Source: Vicugna vicugna (taxonomy: Eukaryota). Taken from it: a stretch of DNA of 64,000 bases. The DNA is taken from positions 1,626,960-1,690,959 of the forward strand of contig MU059403.1 in NCBI GenBank assembly GCA_013265495.1. Reading direction: 5' to 3'. The notes below the pieces were generated by a model that saw nothing but the letters and a program-made list of their open reading frames with translations, was not told the DNA's origin and made no database searches. Shown piece by piece: positions 1 through 13,429 of this stretch (positions are counted from its first letter, which is position 1; each line of letters opens with the position of its first letter). The translations under genes were made by a program, and so were the position numbers.

Positions 1-2794
1 GGTGTCTGTCACCTCTGGAGACGGGACAGAGGCCCCGTGCAGCCTGTTTCTTCTGCTCACTCCTCACGAGCCATGTTACGTCCCACCCAGCAGCAACTGG
101 AGGCCAGCGTGGGGGTGACCGCGTGTCTGCGGGGCCAGGCCCTGGTGCCCGGGCTCCTGGTCAGACACAGGTGATTCTGTGGCGGTGTTTTGTAGACGAG
201 GGTGACATTTAGATCAGCTGACTTCAGGAGAAGGAGGGTCCCCCACCTGCGGCAGGCTCTCCTGGCAGGACTGAGGGGACCCTTGGCAGCATGGGGCCTG
301 CCCAGGGCGGGGCGGCCTCTGCTGATCTTCTTGAGCAGGAGGGAACCGAGGGCGCTCTGCTTCTCACAGTTCATTTTAACACATGGCTTCTTGGCGGAGT
401 GGGGCTTCCTGCCCCGTGTGGACGCCCCAGTGCGCTGGGGCCCACGGCGCTTTGAGGAGACACAGGCAGTGCTGACGGTGCGCAGCGTGGGCCCTGCATG
501 GGCATCTCTGCCCAGCTCTAGGGAGGGGGCGCAGCCTGGCTTTTCTTCGTGTCCTGCTGCACGTCCCGATGGCTGCCTCTGCGAATGCAGCTCTGACTGT
601 CCCTTTGAAGCACCCCCGCTGGGAGCGCCCTTGCTGACAGCAGCCTTGGTGCAGGGGAACCTTCATCCGCTCGGCCTCAGGAGCCCGCGGTCCGGCATGG
701 CTGTGGCGTGTCCTCCCCGCCCCGCTCAGCGCACTGTCCCCGCTGGGGCGCGGCCCGGCCTGGCCGGGGGGCACCTGTGGCTTCAGGCGGGCACGCGGCT
801 TCCCAGAGGCAGAGAGGGATTTAGTGCAGGCCCGAGGTTGGCGAGGGGGCTGTCGGCTTTCGCTCTCTGCCTGCGGCTCTTCTGAAAGCTGGGCTCGGGC
901 CAGGGAGGCGACCCCTCAAAGCCCTGCAGAGGCGAGCGCCCTGAGCTCCAGGGCAGCGCGTCCAGCCGCAGGCCAGGCTGCACACAGGCCGCTCTGCTGG
1001 CTCTGACGTGTGAGCCCCTGGTTTTAGTGATCTTTTCATCTGCTGTCGTTTTCAGTTTCGCATGTGAGCTGGAGGACACAGAGGCCCCAGTTTTGCCGAG
1101 TCTGAGACCCTCCTCCCACTTGGGAGAAAAATACTCCTTCCTCCCTAAGCCATTAAAAATGGCTCTGGTTTACATCCAAGGATGTTCTGTGTCTCGGATG
1201 CGCCGCAGTCTCATGGGCCCCCTCGGTGGAAACATCTTCCTGCTTTATTCAGGGTTGATAATTTTTGTTTTATTGCGCACATTAGAGTTACTGCCAAATG
1301 ATGATTATCTTTTGATTCTGCTTTAAATCTTGGTAAATTGCATCTCCTGGGAGCAAATAACACAGTCTATTTTCTTTCTTCACGTCTAAGTTTAAAACAC
1401 GACTTCCCCAGGCCCCTTTCTGTTGCACCACAAAACATCAAGATACCAGCTAGATTCTTAGCTTATGAAGTGCTTGTCATTTGAAAAGGTTAAAATATTG
1501 AAATAGATCAAATAGCTCCTTTTAAATGTGAACTGTAAAGGTGTATTATTTACAAATACTGATTTATCTAAAAATGTACATGACAATTTATCCAAGTTTC
1601 CTAGTTAAAAAAGGGAGATTTCAGTATTCAGACTCTGGTTAAAGAATCAAGATGCAACGTTTCAACAGACAAACAGCGATGGAAGCAAGCAAATCATAGA
1701 CAAGCTGTCGAAGATACACACCAGCAGTGGATGCACACAGGCCTTCGGACGCTCCCTGCGTGAAAACTCAGGGGCGCTCGCCTTGCTTTAGCCTCTCAGG
1801 ATGCGTGAGGTTTAATCCGCCGTGGGATTAGCGAGGCCTGATGCTAAGCCGTGCGCTCTGTAGAAGCGTAGCTGCGGTTCACAGGAGACTCACAGCGCAC
1901 CGGGCAGGGGGCCGAGTGCTCCCGTGCACGGCAGAGCCGAGCCCTTCCTGTGCTGTGGACAAGCACACTTCTCAGAATCGCGAAGTGGCGAGCTGGGGTG
2001 TAGCTGACACCTGTGGTTCCAGACGCCCTGCTGCCCCGCTGCGGGCCCGACACGTGTCCAGTTCTGGAGCCGCGGACCTCGCGTGGCGGTTGGTCCAGGT
2101 TTGCTGGGGCGTCTGTCTCTCCTGCTGATGGCGGGTGGGGAAACCCGCCTCGCCGGGAACGCACCCACTGAGAGCTCTGGGCGGTGCTGCCCGTTCCCCC
2201 TGGTGCGCTGTCCTCCAGGGAGGGAGGCCGGCTCCAGAAGGGACGTGATGGGGGCGACATCGGGCAGAAGCAGCCTCGGGCAGGCGACCTGGCCGCAGGT
2301 GTGAGGCCTGCGGAAGCAGCAGCGTCTCTGGTCCGTGCTATGTGGGAGGGCGCGCAGGGGACAAGGGGAGGCAGTGGTGGCCGGGGCGGCGGAGGAGGGT
2401 GCATGCACTGAGCACAGTGAACAGAGCTGCTCTGGGCCCACCTCCGTTCCCCCAGTGCCGGAGGCCAGGGCAGCCTTTGTCCTAACACGAGTCACCCTTG
2501 CTGCGGCTTGGAGCCCCCGGGCCTCCAGGAAGCGTGGAGGGTGGTCAGGGAGCGGGGCTGAGCTGGGTCCCCGCACGCGCCCCTGCCGGCCCAGCCCACC
2601 TCTCTAAGTGCCCGTCTTTGCAGGGGTGGTGATGAGACCGACCTCACGGGAGTTGGAGCCTGTCCATGGAAGCCCGGGCCAGCTGGGGGCATCGGTGTCC
2701 GGTCGGTAAACGGGAGTGGGTTAGCTTCCACCCGTTCCCGTGCGAGGTCAGGCCTGGGCTTTGCAAAAACAAGAGGACGTTTCCTGTGAATCTC

Positions 2795-2858
2795 GTGTGT
2801 GTGTGTGCACGTGTGTGTCTGTGTCTCTGTGTGTGTCTGTGTGTGCATGCGTGTGTGT
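2795..2858. repeat. Imperfect (TG)n microsatellite
   Basis: gtgtgtgtgtgtgcacgtgtgtgtctgtgtctctgtgtgtgtctgtgtgtgcatgcgtgtgtgt. Confidence 0.9.
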
Positions 2859-4775
2859 TCACTACGAGGCCTACCAGACACCCGCTTTGGAGAATTCAGG
2901 TGCTAGAGACTGTGGGCTGGGGCCGAGGAAGGCCTGCCGGTCGCGGTGAAGGTCACAGCCACCTCCCGTCGTGGTCTGGTTGGCGGCATGAGCTAAATGC
3001 CGAGTCTCTTGCTGTCAGACGTAGGAGCAGAAGCTGAGAGAACAGAGCGCTCTGGAGTGTCGGGCGGGTCAGAGACTAAGTCAGAGCTGAGGACGGCTCA
3101 TAGACGACGGAGGGTCTCTTTGGAAAAGACTCGCACAGTTAAACCTAAACCAGAACTCCTGCCTCCGCCCACGAGGGCAGCGGGAGGGCGGTCCGCGATG
3201 GCCATCTCGTCTGAGCAAGTGCTGTCTCGTCATACTCGCCGTCCACACTGGGCCAGCATCACACGTGCCTGGTTATAATGACCTGCCAGACTTGACTGTG
3301 CGGCCGGCGAGTTTAGAAAATGTTAATCCATTTGCTAAGAATTCTCGTCCAGTCCCTGGAGTGGTGTGCTTTGTGTGTGCCCAAGTGTCCGTGTGCAAAG
3401 ACGCGTGTGTTGATTGCTTTTATCTGAAAAGTGCCGTCGTGTTTTTAAGAAGATGCAGCCTTCTCCCTTACCTTTGCTCGTCATTATGGTCCTCATCTCT
3501 CCTCTAACTTGCCTGCATCCTGCGCTCTGTCGCGGGTGAGCACTGGCACTGGGCGGATGTGGGCCTCTGTGTTTGCCTGAGAGCTGCACTGCTGGCGGAA
3601 ACCCGGGTACCCCAGGCTGCTGCCTTTCAGAAACAGCAGCGGCCGGAAGTCGCTTAAAAAGATCTCATCTAAGTTACATATTTAATGAAGTATCTGCATC
3701 AAAACACAGAATATTCAAATCATGTTCAAGTTCTGTGTGCTGAGACATGGAAGAAGATACTGTTTTCTTGAACTACTTACCTTGATAACTGAAGACAAGA
3801 AGAGTGAGGCACTCTGCACCCACCTGTCCTGCCCCAGGTCTGTGAAAACTGGGCAAGCATCTACCTAAACTTCAGTTAATTTGCATGTTGATCATTGGTG
3901 CATAAGTTTGTAAATTATGTGCCACGGTTTATCAGGAGGGCTGGGTGTAAATGTTAGAAGAAATGCACCCTCAGGTCCGTGTCATGACAGGACGGTGAGG
4001 TGGTCACCACTTTGCTCAGGTGACCATCCCGGGTGAGCCCTGGTGCTCCTGGCTGTGCTGGGACCCAAGCACCATCTCTCCGTGGCTCTCCGGCCTTGGT
4101 CTGTGGATCCAGTTCAGGAGGGGACAGATCACACGGAGGGACAGACCCCTCCTGACAGCCCCACCTGGACCTGGACCTGCTGCCGCCAAGTCCTCTCTCG
4201 TCCACGCCGCTGTGGGATGCTGGTCCCTCTGCTCCGCCCTCCCTGGCTGTGCGGGGACGGCTGGAGACTCGGTGGGCCAGGGGCTGACTGGGCTGTGTCT
4301 GGCTTTAGGACAATAGCGAATATGATCGGGCTTTGCTGCGTGATGGCCCTGTGTTAGGTCTCACTGGCTAGCTTCTCTGTCCTCGCGCGTCATTTGCGTG
4401 GCCACACACCCACGTGTGGGTAGTGTGTGTTCGTGCTGCTCACAGACGTGCCCGCCTTTTGCGGGGACTGGTTGTGAGCTGTGCCCTGTGCCCAGCTTGA
4501 CACTCATGCCCTGGGGCAGGGCTGCCTTTGCTGGCTGATCCCTGCGCCTCCCCCAGGGCACTGGGCTGCCGGTTAAAACCACACAGACGCCTTGTGTCAC
4601 CAGACCTGCAGCCCTTATTAAAGTGCGTGTTCCTGGTTTTGCCCTCGATCAGGACATCGGAAACTCCCTGTGGGGCCTCTGCCCTGGAAGCGACTTCTCT
4701 GGTGATTTTTGTTTACGTGAGAATTTGAGTCCTGCTTCCAACATGTGTTAATTGTTGTCCACAAGGTTTTGGACA

Positions 4776-5054
4776 TCTTTAAGTTCCTTCTGGTCATTAC
4801 ATGTTTATGTAAAACAAAGCACTAAGTTTCTTGAAGGCATCTGAGTATCAGACCAAGGCCACAAAAATACTGGTCTCCCTCAGTGCCACCTTCCCCTTCA
4901 CACCCTCTGCTCAGATTCTTTAAGTTCCTTCTGGTCATTACATGTTTATGTAAACAAAGCACTAAGTTTCTTGAAGGCATTTGAGTATCAGACCAAGGCC
5001 ACAAAAATACTGGTCTCCCTCAGTGCCACCTTCCCCTTCACACCCTCTGCTCAG
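4776..5054. repeat. Tandem duplication, 141-bp period, 2 copies
   Basis: 4776-4914 versus 4917-5054 are identical except for one A indel (gtaaaac/gtaaac) and one C/T change (gcatctgag/gcatttgag). Confidence 0.97.
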
Positions 5055-5404
5055 CCCTCCAGGACATCCTGGGGTTCTGCGCCGACATGTGTCCCCGCCG
5101 CCCACTCCCCACCGTGGCACCAGGCTTGCCTGTGTCACTACTGCAGATTCTGGGGTCTCCAGGCCTCCCTGCCTGTGCTTCTGCCCCCGTCCTTCCTCCC
5201 ACTGCAGCTTCCTTAACGTCGATCCTTAGGAAGCAAAGCCACCTCTCTGAGCAGAGCTCTCCAGTGGTTTCCCAGGGCATCTCATAAGGCCCAGGTCCCT
5301 TCCACGGCCCCTGGTGGCCCCAGGCTGGCCGCCCCCACCCTTGCTGCCTCTCAGCCACCCCTGCACACCCACACTCCACACTCTGTATTCTCAAAAGCGC
5401 TCTA

Positions 5405-5765
5405 CTGAATAGGATCCACTGTCTTTACTCCATTGCACACTCCTGCCTCCTTTGTCAAAGAGTAATTGACAAGAAGTTTGTGGGTTCGCTTCTGGGCCCT
5501 CTGTTCTGCTCCACTGGTCCATGTGTCTGTTTCTGTACCAGTGCCGTGCTGTCTTGGTGACTTGTTGTCTGAAGTCTGGGAGGGTTATTCCTCCAGCTTC
5601 ATTTTTTTTTTTTTTCAGTGTTTCTTTAGCAATTCTGGGTCTTTTGTGATTCCATATAAATTTTAGGGGTATTTGTTCTAGTTCTGTGCAAAGTATCCCG
5701 GGTAGTTTGGTAGGGGCCACATTAAACCTGCAGACTGCCTGGGGCAGTGTGGCCGTCTTAACAAC
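5405..5765 (-). mobile_element. LINE-1 ORF2 fragment, antisense to SMOC2
   Basis: Minus-strand ORF 5391-5720 reads IWNHKRPRIAKETLKKKKNEAGGITLPDFRQ...YRNRHMDQWSRTEGPEANPQTSCQLLFDKG, typical of L1 ORF2 downstream of the RT domain. Confidence 0.92.
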
Positions 5766-6790
5766 ACTAACTCACCCGTTTGAAGTGGACAGTTCAGAAG
5801 TTTCCGCAGAGTCACAGACTTAGAGCACGGTCATCGCTCCATGACCTCATTTGACCCAAAGCCCACAGTCACTGGCAGCCGTTCCCTGCGGACAGCCCAG
5901 CCCTGGGAACCAGGGATCGGCCTCAGTCCCTGTAGACGGGCTTGCTCTGTCGCTTCAGACACGTGGGGTCTGACAGCGCGCGGACCTTGGCGACTGGCTT
6001 CTTTCACTGAGGGCGACGTTTACCAGGATCGCCCGGGTAGCGGTGTGTGTCAGGGCCTCATCCCTTCCTGTGCCTCCGTGACGTTCCGTCGTGCGCACGG
6101 GCTACGTGTGAGTCACCTCTTCGTCGGCTGACGGACGTCTGCGTGGCCTCACTTCTCAGAGCAGGAATCGGCCGCTGCGCGCCTTCCCGTGCAGGGCTCC
6201 GTGTGCGCACACGCTCTCACGCCCCCTGGGTAGCACTGCAGGGTCACACGGTGACTCTGCGTTGAACATTCTTCGGGCTGACGAACAGTTTTCCGAAACG
6301 GACGTTCCGTTTTGCAGCCTCACCGGCGACGTGTGAGGCGCTGATTCCTCCACGTCCTCGCCGGGACTTGCCACCTTCCCCGTTTGGACGGCGGTCGTCC
6401 CAGTGGGCACGCCGTGGCGGTGCGCTGTGGCTGTGCCTGCGTCTCCCTGACGACTGAGGGCGCTGGGAGCCCGTTCGTGTGCTCGCTGGTCCTCTGTGCG
6501 TCGTCTTTGGAGACGCATCTGCTCAAAGCCTGTGCACGTCTTGTCGTGTGGCTGGTTGCCTGTTCATTAACGCAGCTGGTGGACTTCTCTCTGTGTTCTA
6601 GACGCAGGTCCCTCACCAGCCATGGGACCTGCGAGCATTTTGTCCCGTTCTATGGATTATCTTTTGCTCGTGATGCCCTTTGAATCACAGGGTTTTAGTT
6701 TTGACGGAGTCCAGTTTGTCTTTCTTTTGTCACCCGTGCTTTTGGTGCCGTATCTTAGAAACTATTGCCCAACCAAGGTCCCCTTTGTCA
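5766..6790 (-). mobile_element. Old L1 (L1MB-like) 3' end, antisense, heavily GC-shifted
   Basis: Colinear with the recalled L1M antisense 3' consensus, for example ctggcttctttcact, gttttccgaaa, ctccacgtcctcgcc, tctttggagacgcatctgctcaaa and ttttagttttgacggagtccagttt. Most differences from that consensus are A/T to G/C. Confidence 0.8.
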
Positions 6791-7134
6791 CCCAGAGTTG
6801 AGACCCCTTTCAGGGAAGCCAGGGAGCTGGCCGCTGCTGCCACTACCAGAGCCTCACATGGAGGTCTTCGTGCCCCCAGCAGGTTATTGCTTTGCAAAAA
6901 TATGCTTTTTATACCTTTTCCTCCATGGGTTAACCTGAACTTTGAGAGTGGAATTTGGAGGTAATCTTGCTGGAAAAGTTCTTCCCTCCACCTTGAACTT
7001 TTTTCTCCAAGCTGATGAAACTGACTAAAAGTTACATCGACAGCAAGTCTGAATGAGGAAAGAATATGAGATAATGAAAAAGAAAAAATATAAAATTTGC
7101 AGGGGATCTGCTCGTCCCACCGCTATTCCTCATG

Positions 7135-7290
7135 TGATGTCCGTGTCTAGATTCATTTTTTTGTTTTGCACGTGGATGTCCTGTTGTTCCAGCACCACCT
7201 GTTGAAAAGATTATCCTTATGCCATTGAAGCATCTTTGCTCCTTTGACAAAGATCAGTTACTGTGTTTGTGTGGGTCTATTCATGGCTCT
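7135..7290 (-). mobile_element. L1 fragment (continuation of the preceding L1M copy)
   Basis: gatgtcctgttgttccagcaccacctgttgaaaagattatcc...ctttgacaaagatcagtt is a typical antisense L1 ORF2 segment. Confidence 0.8.
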
Positions 7291-10200
7291 GAAACAGTGG
7301 AAAGACTTAAAAATATTCAGAACTGGCTGTGGGCGAGTCAACAACTGAGAGTAGAATTAACAGTGACCAGAAATAATGTCTCGAAAGCAAGGAAATGAGA
7401 GATCAGATATTGTACAGGGAGATACTGAAGAGATGCAAGTTCTTGGCTGAATCTCTCCAGGAGCAACCAGAGGAATCTTGACACAGCTGCCAGTGTGGGT
7501 CTCGGGCACCCCTCCCCGTTCTGCACGACTCACGTCCTTGCTGTGGACGTTCAGTCTCAGCCAGAAGGAAGCCAGTCTCCCGCCATGTCCGGGTTCTCCA
7601 CGGGTCATGTTGCTGCTCCTTTGGGAAGCGCCCCTCTTTGAACAGAGGCACTGAAGGCAGTCCTGGGAGAGAAGAGCTTAAAACAACATCTGTTTCCGAC
7701 CAGACGGCTGGGACATCGACAAACCTGCGGGAAAGGCTCGTGTGACTTGGGAGATAATTTGAGAAAACTGAGAACTGGGGAGATTCCAAGATAACGTGAT
7801 TTTAATGACTAAGAAGTGTATTGTAGGTACTCTGTCGTGGATGGAGAGTGGAAGGCTGTTACAATTGGTGGGAACGTTTCTGATCCTTCTTTGGAACGAT
7901 TTCTGCTTTATTTGCTTTTTTGCAGTGTTATTTTTGGACATTTTTTTCTGCTTTCCGCTTTTCATTCCTTCATCTTTTCCAAGGGCACATCACTTGCAGC
8001 GAAGTTCATGACTGATTAAGTGATGACTGATGAGGTACCCAGGCATCGTCTCCGACAGGGGAAGCGCAGAGGCCCAGGCAGCCCTTTGTCGAAGCCGTGG
8101 TGGGAAGCACAGCCTCTGCAAAAACTCAGCTCTCTTGTCGCTCCCGACGTGGGCTGCGTGGTGAGAACCTGAGCATCAGCCCTGCCGGGGTGCAAAGATG
8201 ACACGTGCTTATAGTAGCAAATATTAACAACCAGTGAAAGTAACATACACTTCCCTGTGAACTGACAATCTGGAGAGACTTCTGGCGCCTGTGCTGGTGG
8301 GCGTGACGCGCCCTGCTGCGCCCCGCCATGCACACGGCCTCTCCTCCTGCACTTGGCAGAGGGCTGTAAGTGGGTCCCGTGTTACCCGAGATTATTCTCC
8401 GGCAGCACGTCTCAAAAGTGTGTCCCACACACCCACTCGGGTCACTGGGAAAAAGCGGCCTCCTGGGCACACCGGGTCCCGTCCTTGGATGAGCTCCCTG
8501 GGGTAGTGCGGGGGCCCGGCTGAAGGAAGTGCGTGTTTCTGAAGCTTCTGTTGGACCCATCAGCACAGCCTTTGGCCCATCTGTTCATTTGTTAAGCATT
8601 ACATTCACCCGTTATCGCCCCCATCCCCCCCGGCAGAGCAGAGGCTTTGAGACCTTGGTGTGTGCTGGGGTCACCTGGCAACCTTGTTAAACTGCAGCAT
8701 CTGCACGGGGTGGGGGGGCGGGGGCAGGAGTCTGCGCTTCTGACGCCCCCCCCAGTCGGTAGGCCCTCTGATGGGCTCTGTGGCCAGGCCCAGGCCGGGG
8801 AGGCAGGAGGGAGTCATTTCCTTTGGGTTGCAAGCGCCTGCATCACAACTGAAAGATAATCCATGTAGAGAAGAGAGTGTGCTGACTGTCGGCTGCGTGT
8901 CCCGGCTTCTGGCTCAGGGGCCTTCAAGGCCCACCCGAGTCACCAAGACCCCAGCCCCTGCCTCATCTGCTTCCCCTCCTTCTCAGGCAGCCCCTCCCCA
9001 CCGGTGGGGCGCGGCACTCCGGGCTTTCTCACCTGCCGTGCTGGCAACCCAGTGGGTGAAAGTCCCAGGAGTTATTTTCAGCAGACCATCTTAGGTCACT
9101 CGTCCACCCTTGGACCAGTCACGGGCCAGAGGGATGGGATATGCTCCCTGGCCACGCCAGGGTCACACACCCTTCCTGGAGTCAGGGGGTGGATGGATGC
9201 CGGCCTCACGCCCACCACAAGGGCTGACCGTTGTGGGGAGAGGCTCCTTGGCCCTGGGAGACGAGGGAAAGATACCCAACTCAGCCATCGCCACTGTCCC
9301 TGCAACCCCCCCTCTGTGGGCACGGTCTCTGGGGCTGAATGCCCTAGTTCGGGGGTGACCCGTGTGCCTGGCACCAGCACAGCTAAGGAGGATGCTGGGG
9401 GCTGCCTGGTGCTGAGGGCGCTCACGGGGGCTGGTGGGGGAACGAAGGGGGCTGGGTCCTAATTCTACCGCGATGGCCGCAAGGCCTCCGAGAATCACTG
9501 ACGTCTGCCGCCCTGGTTTCCGGGAGCTGGCTGTCATCTCTTCCTGGTTTTGGGAGTTGAAGACCTTTCAGTGCAGGCCCCTCCTCCGAGAGTGAAATAA
9601 GGCCTGCGGGACGGCATACTCTCCGTGACCTGGTCGCCTGGTCCTTTCTCCTCGTCCTGCGCCCGCGGGAGGCGGGGTGGGGGCTCCTGGGGCCCAGTGT
9701 GTGGGGACGGGAGTGCGTCTTGCTGTGTCGAATGCCCCCTGTGACGGGGCAGCAGCGGGAGAGGCTCCCTGGGGGGGGCGCCCCTTGGTGAGACGCGCCG
9801 AGGCCGGTGCGGTGACGGGGGTGCTGGGGGTGTCTAGGAAGCATCGTGGAGAACGAGGGTCCATGTAGAGGAAAAGGAAAGACTGGAGTACGGACGCTTG
9901 GATTTGGGTTTTCGAGAGCGATGTTGGTGAGACTGCCGTTGACAGAATCCTCTGGAAGCTGCAGAGAGAGGTTAGGACGGGAAGAGGGTGTGACTGGGGG
10001 CTCTGAGGCCCTTCTGGGGTGGCTGTCATTGCCGGGGCTCACACGCTGGGTCACCCCCTCTCCCGGGGCCTGGGACTCACGTTCTGGCTGGAAACGGCTC
10101 AGGGCTACGGTCACTCAGGTCTTTGCCGTGAGAGTAAATATGGGAAGAAATAAATTAGGATGGAGACCGTGGTCACTATTTCCTTTCCAGAGAAACTAGA

Positions 10201-12029
10201 TCCATGAATCCCCTGCAGGTCTTTATGTTGTGGAAATACAAGCTTGACTGTGGGCCTCCCGCGTTCCCGGTTTACCGTCCTGCGGGCGTTCCCGGGCGGG
10301 GCTGGTGCCCGTCCTAGGCGGCGGGAGGCGGGGGCGCCCCGGGGCTCCTGTGCTTTCCTCGCTCTGCCGTCCTGAGTGAGACGCAAGCTTTCAGAGCCCC
10401 TGGTTCCTCACCTGAGAAACACACCTGCTAACATGTGTGCATACGCCTCGCTCTGCTGTTGCCAGGATTAAAGGACAAAGCGCAGGAGGCTGGGCTCCGT
10501 GTCCGCAGTGCCCTTGAAAACCACGGCAACAATCCCCGATTAAGAAGCTAATTCAAAAACCTTCCTTGGAGTTAATCAGTCATAAACATGTGTCGCTTAT
10601 GGGCAAAGTCGTGGCACCATCGGTCCCACTTCGATTTCTCGCAGGAAGTGAACACGTGAATAATTACACCCCCGTAAATCTGTGCGTCTCAAGGGCCTCC
10701 CCACCCGCTGCCATTTCCACAAAATCCGATTCTAAGGGGGCAGCTCTTCGTTCTGTGTTTTCTCTTCTTTGACCGTCTGTGCTGTGCAGTTAGGGAGAAA
10801 CCCACCGCCAGTTCCGTGAGCGACGAAGACGATGTGTGTAGAAGTGAAGTCTCCGGCTCTGAGATGCCGGAGCAGGACTCTGGGGCAGGTGGCCCTGCGC
10901 TCACGTCCCTGACGGCCTCGCCTGCGCATGGGGTTTGTCTTCTCGGGCTCAGTCACCGGCTTTGTGAAAAGACAGCAGTGACCCCACCTCACAGAAGTAA
11001 CGCGTGATTAAGTGCGTTAACCCGTGAAAGGCGTGTGGTCCCAAGTGGCTGCTGACCGTGCGTTGTACTGACCAGTCTCCGGCCCCTGCTGTGTGTGTGT
11101 GAAACCCACATGCTTCTTACAAGCGGGTCCTACTTGACAGACTGTTTATTGTTTTACCCCTGGAACATTCTTACACGTGAGGTCCTCTGTGCGCCTCACA
11201 GCGCTTCACCCGCCGCTGCGCTCTACGGAGCCGGCGAGCGCTTAGCAGCCGCCAGTGAGGGAACGTCTGACCACAGAGCAGCGGTGTGTCTGCAGGAAAA
11301 ACGCTTTGTTTTATGAATCCTGATAATATTTTTAAAATGTTTTCAAACAAGCAGAAGGAGGTACAGGGTACTGACAAGGTTCATGGCGTGCACACCTGGG
11401 GGCTCCAGGGGTGACTGGGGGCCCGGGACCCACAGAAACAGTGGTCACACCTTTAATTTGGCACCGGGCAGTCACCGCTGAGTTACCTGTCCATTTCATG
11501 TGGGTTCACTGACGTCCGCAGGGCTGGCCACTGTATATCTCGAGTGTCTGGTGGCCTCAGATTAAGCCCTCATTATCCCTTGTAGGTACTGAAGACAGCC
11601 TTGAACCGGTCCTGGGTCTGAAAGCTTACCACCAGGACCTTTAAAGCACAGATATGATCCAGGTGCTCTTAAAAACCCTTACGAGGCTCTCCACTGCTTG
11701 TGGAAGTTCCTTTGCAGGCTCCAGAGCCCCCGGTCTGGCCCCCGCTGTCCTGCAGTCCACCCACCATGGACTGTCCCTCTGCAGCCCAGCTTCCTGGTGC
11801 GAAGCCAGCCCCCTCGTGCGGTGTTGGCTGAGCACAGGTGAACGTGCACGTGAAGGGCAAGGTTCACGTGCTAATGAGGGCATGGGGCAAACTGCCCCAG
11901 GAGAAGCTAGGTGCTTGGTGCTGTAACCAGGGATGTTTTGGGAGGGATTTCTGAAAATACTGTAAGGAGATGCAAAGAAAATAGAAGATGTAGTTTTGCT
12001 CCTGGAAGCTTACACCCAAATGACTGTTG

Positions 12030-12400
12030 TATCTGACAGTGACCGCTTCATAACAAATAGCCCCAGGTTGTCAGTAGTGATCAGAGACAAGCGTTCACTT
12101 CTCAGGCATCTACTGAGCTTGGCAGGGTTCTGCTGGGAGGCTCCACCTTGCTCGTGGGCCTGGATCGGCTCCATGCACCTCTCATCCTCCTGGCTCGAGT
12201 GAGAAGACTGGGGGATGTCTCCTAGCAATACCTAAGGCACAAGAGAGTGGTCCAAACACCTGCAGACTGCACGCCCCAGCTTGCGTCACACTTACAGACA
12301 CCCCCCGAGCCAGGACGTTCCCATGTCTGAGCCCAGCGTCATGGAATAGGGGAGACACTGCTATGTGGGGAGAGCCGCACAAACCCTGGTGACTGGGAGA
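12030..12400. mobile_element. MaLR LTR relic (MLT1-type)
   Basis: Colinear short matches to the recalled MLT1H/J/K consensus: cataacaaatagcccca, cctctcatcctcc, gcacaagagag, gcttgcgtcaca, catgtctgagcccag. Confidence 0.55.
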
Positions 12401-13429
12401 GAGGAAGGCTTGGGCCCACATGGCACCATTTACTTGTGGGGCTCAGGGTGTGATTACCCTGAGTGGGAGGGATTGAGGGCCCTGCCGAGGCACTGTCATG
12501 GTGGGTGTGAGTGCCAGTTATGGAACCAGTCGATTTCCGAGCCCTCCGGGTTGCGGCTGCCACTGTAATTGGACTTGGCAGAGGCCATCGAGGGCAAACA
12601 CACTAGTCCACGCAGGCCTCGGTGATGCAGCAGGCCTGCCGACGCAACAGGGCGTGAGGCCAGCCGAGGACGTCCAGGCAGGAGGCGAGGGCAGTACGCA
12701 GGACGGGGCGAGCAGAGCGAGGGCACAGACGGACATGCCAGGCTGGGTCTGTGACAGACTTGGGGACGTGAACACTGCCCGCAGGTTAGGTGCTCCTGGG
12801 AGGCAGGCTCGCTTGGGGGACGTGGACCTACAAACGCCACGTGGGATGTTCCATGGTGTCACTCACACTGTGGCAAAAACCTCCTTTCCCCCTTAGGTCA
12901 GGACTCGGAGGCCTGAGACCCTCTTCGTGGGCGGCGCTGGCCTGAGGGGCGTGAAGTCGAGCGTGGCCAGTCGGGCTCCTGTCCCGTCTGCGTGCATCAC
13001 AGGTCGTGGTGGGATTGCTTGTTCGGTGGGTCGCATGTCTCGCTGGACAAGCGGGAAGAGGCCCCTGAGCATCTGCTGGGCGCCGGGCCGTGGGAGCTGA
13101 GGGCAGACTGTCGCCTGTACTGGCTTCCTCGCCGAGTCTGTTACTCTCCGTCCTCAGACTCACCACGGGAACAGAAAACACTGCCCAGTACGATGTGGCT
13201 GAGACTTTCTCATATCCTGGGGCTCCTGTTTTATTCCCAGCAGGAGGCACCTGGGCATTGGTTTGTCCGCTGGGACCCTTGGCACACGCTGAGGCGGGCT
13301 CTGGCACGCGTGTCCGCGGGCGGTGCGCCTTCCCGGGATGGGCAGCCGCGCCTCAGGGACGCTCTCCCAGCTGCTCCCCGGCGGGGTCTTCTCGGGGGGC
13401 ACCGCTGCTCGGATCTGCACCACTCACCT

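Noticed and set aside
2825-2905. agaattcag|gtgct resembles the end of the preceding SMOC2 exon (...KNS)
   Set aside because: The upstream bases are a TG microsatellite and do not encode the expected YPTLWTEQVKSRQ. That exon must lie before the window.
7290-7900. Purine-rich, coding-looking segment (for example KEMRDQILYREILKRCKFLAESLQEQPEES*)
   Set aside because: All + strand frames are broken by stops and I recognise no protein family or poly(A) tail. A tBLASTx search would be needed before calling it a pseudogene.
8707-8724. G-run that could form a G-quadruplex, with similar runs elsewhere
   Set aside because: Such runs are common throughout this GC-rich window and nothing singles this one out.
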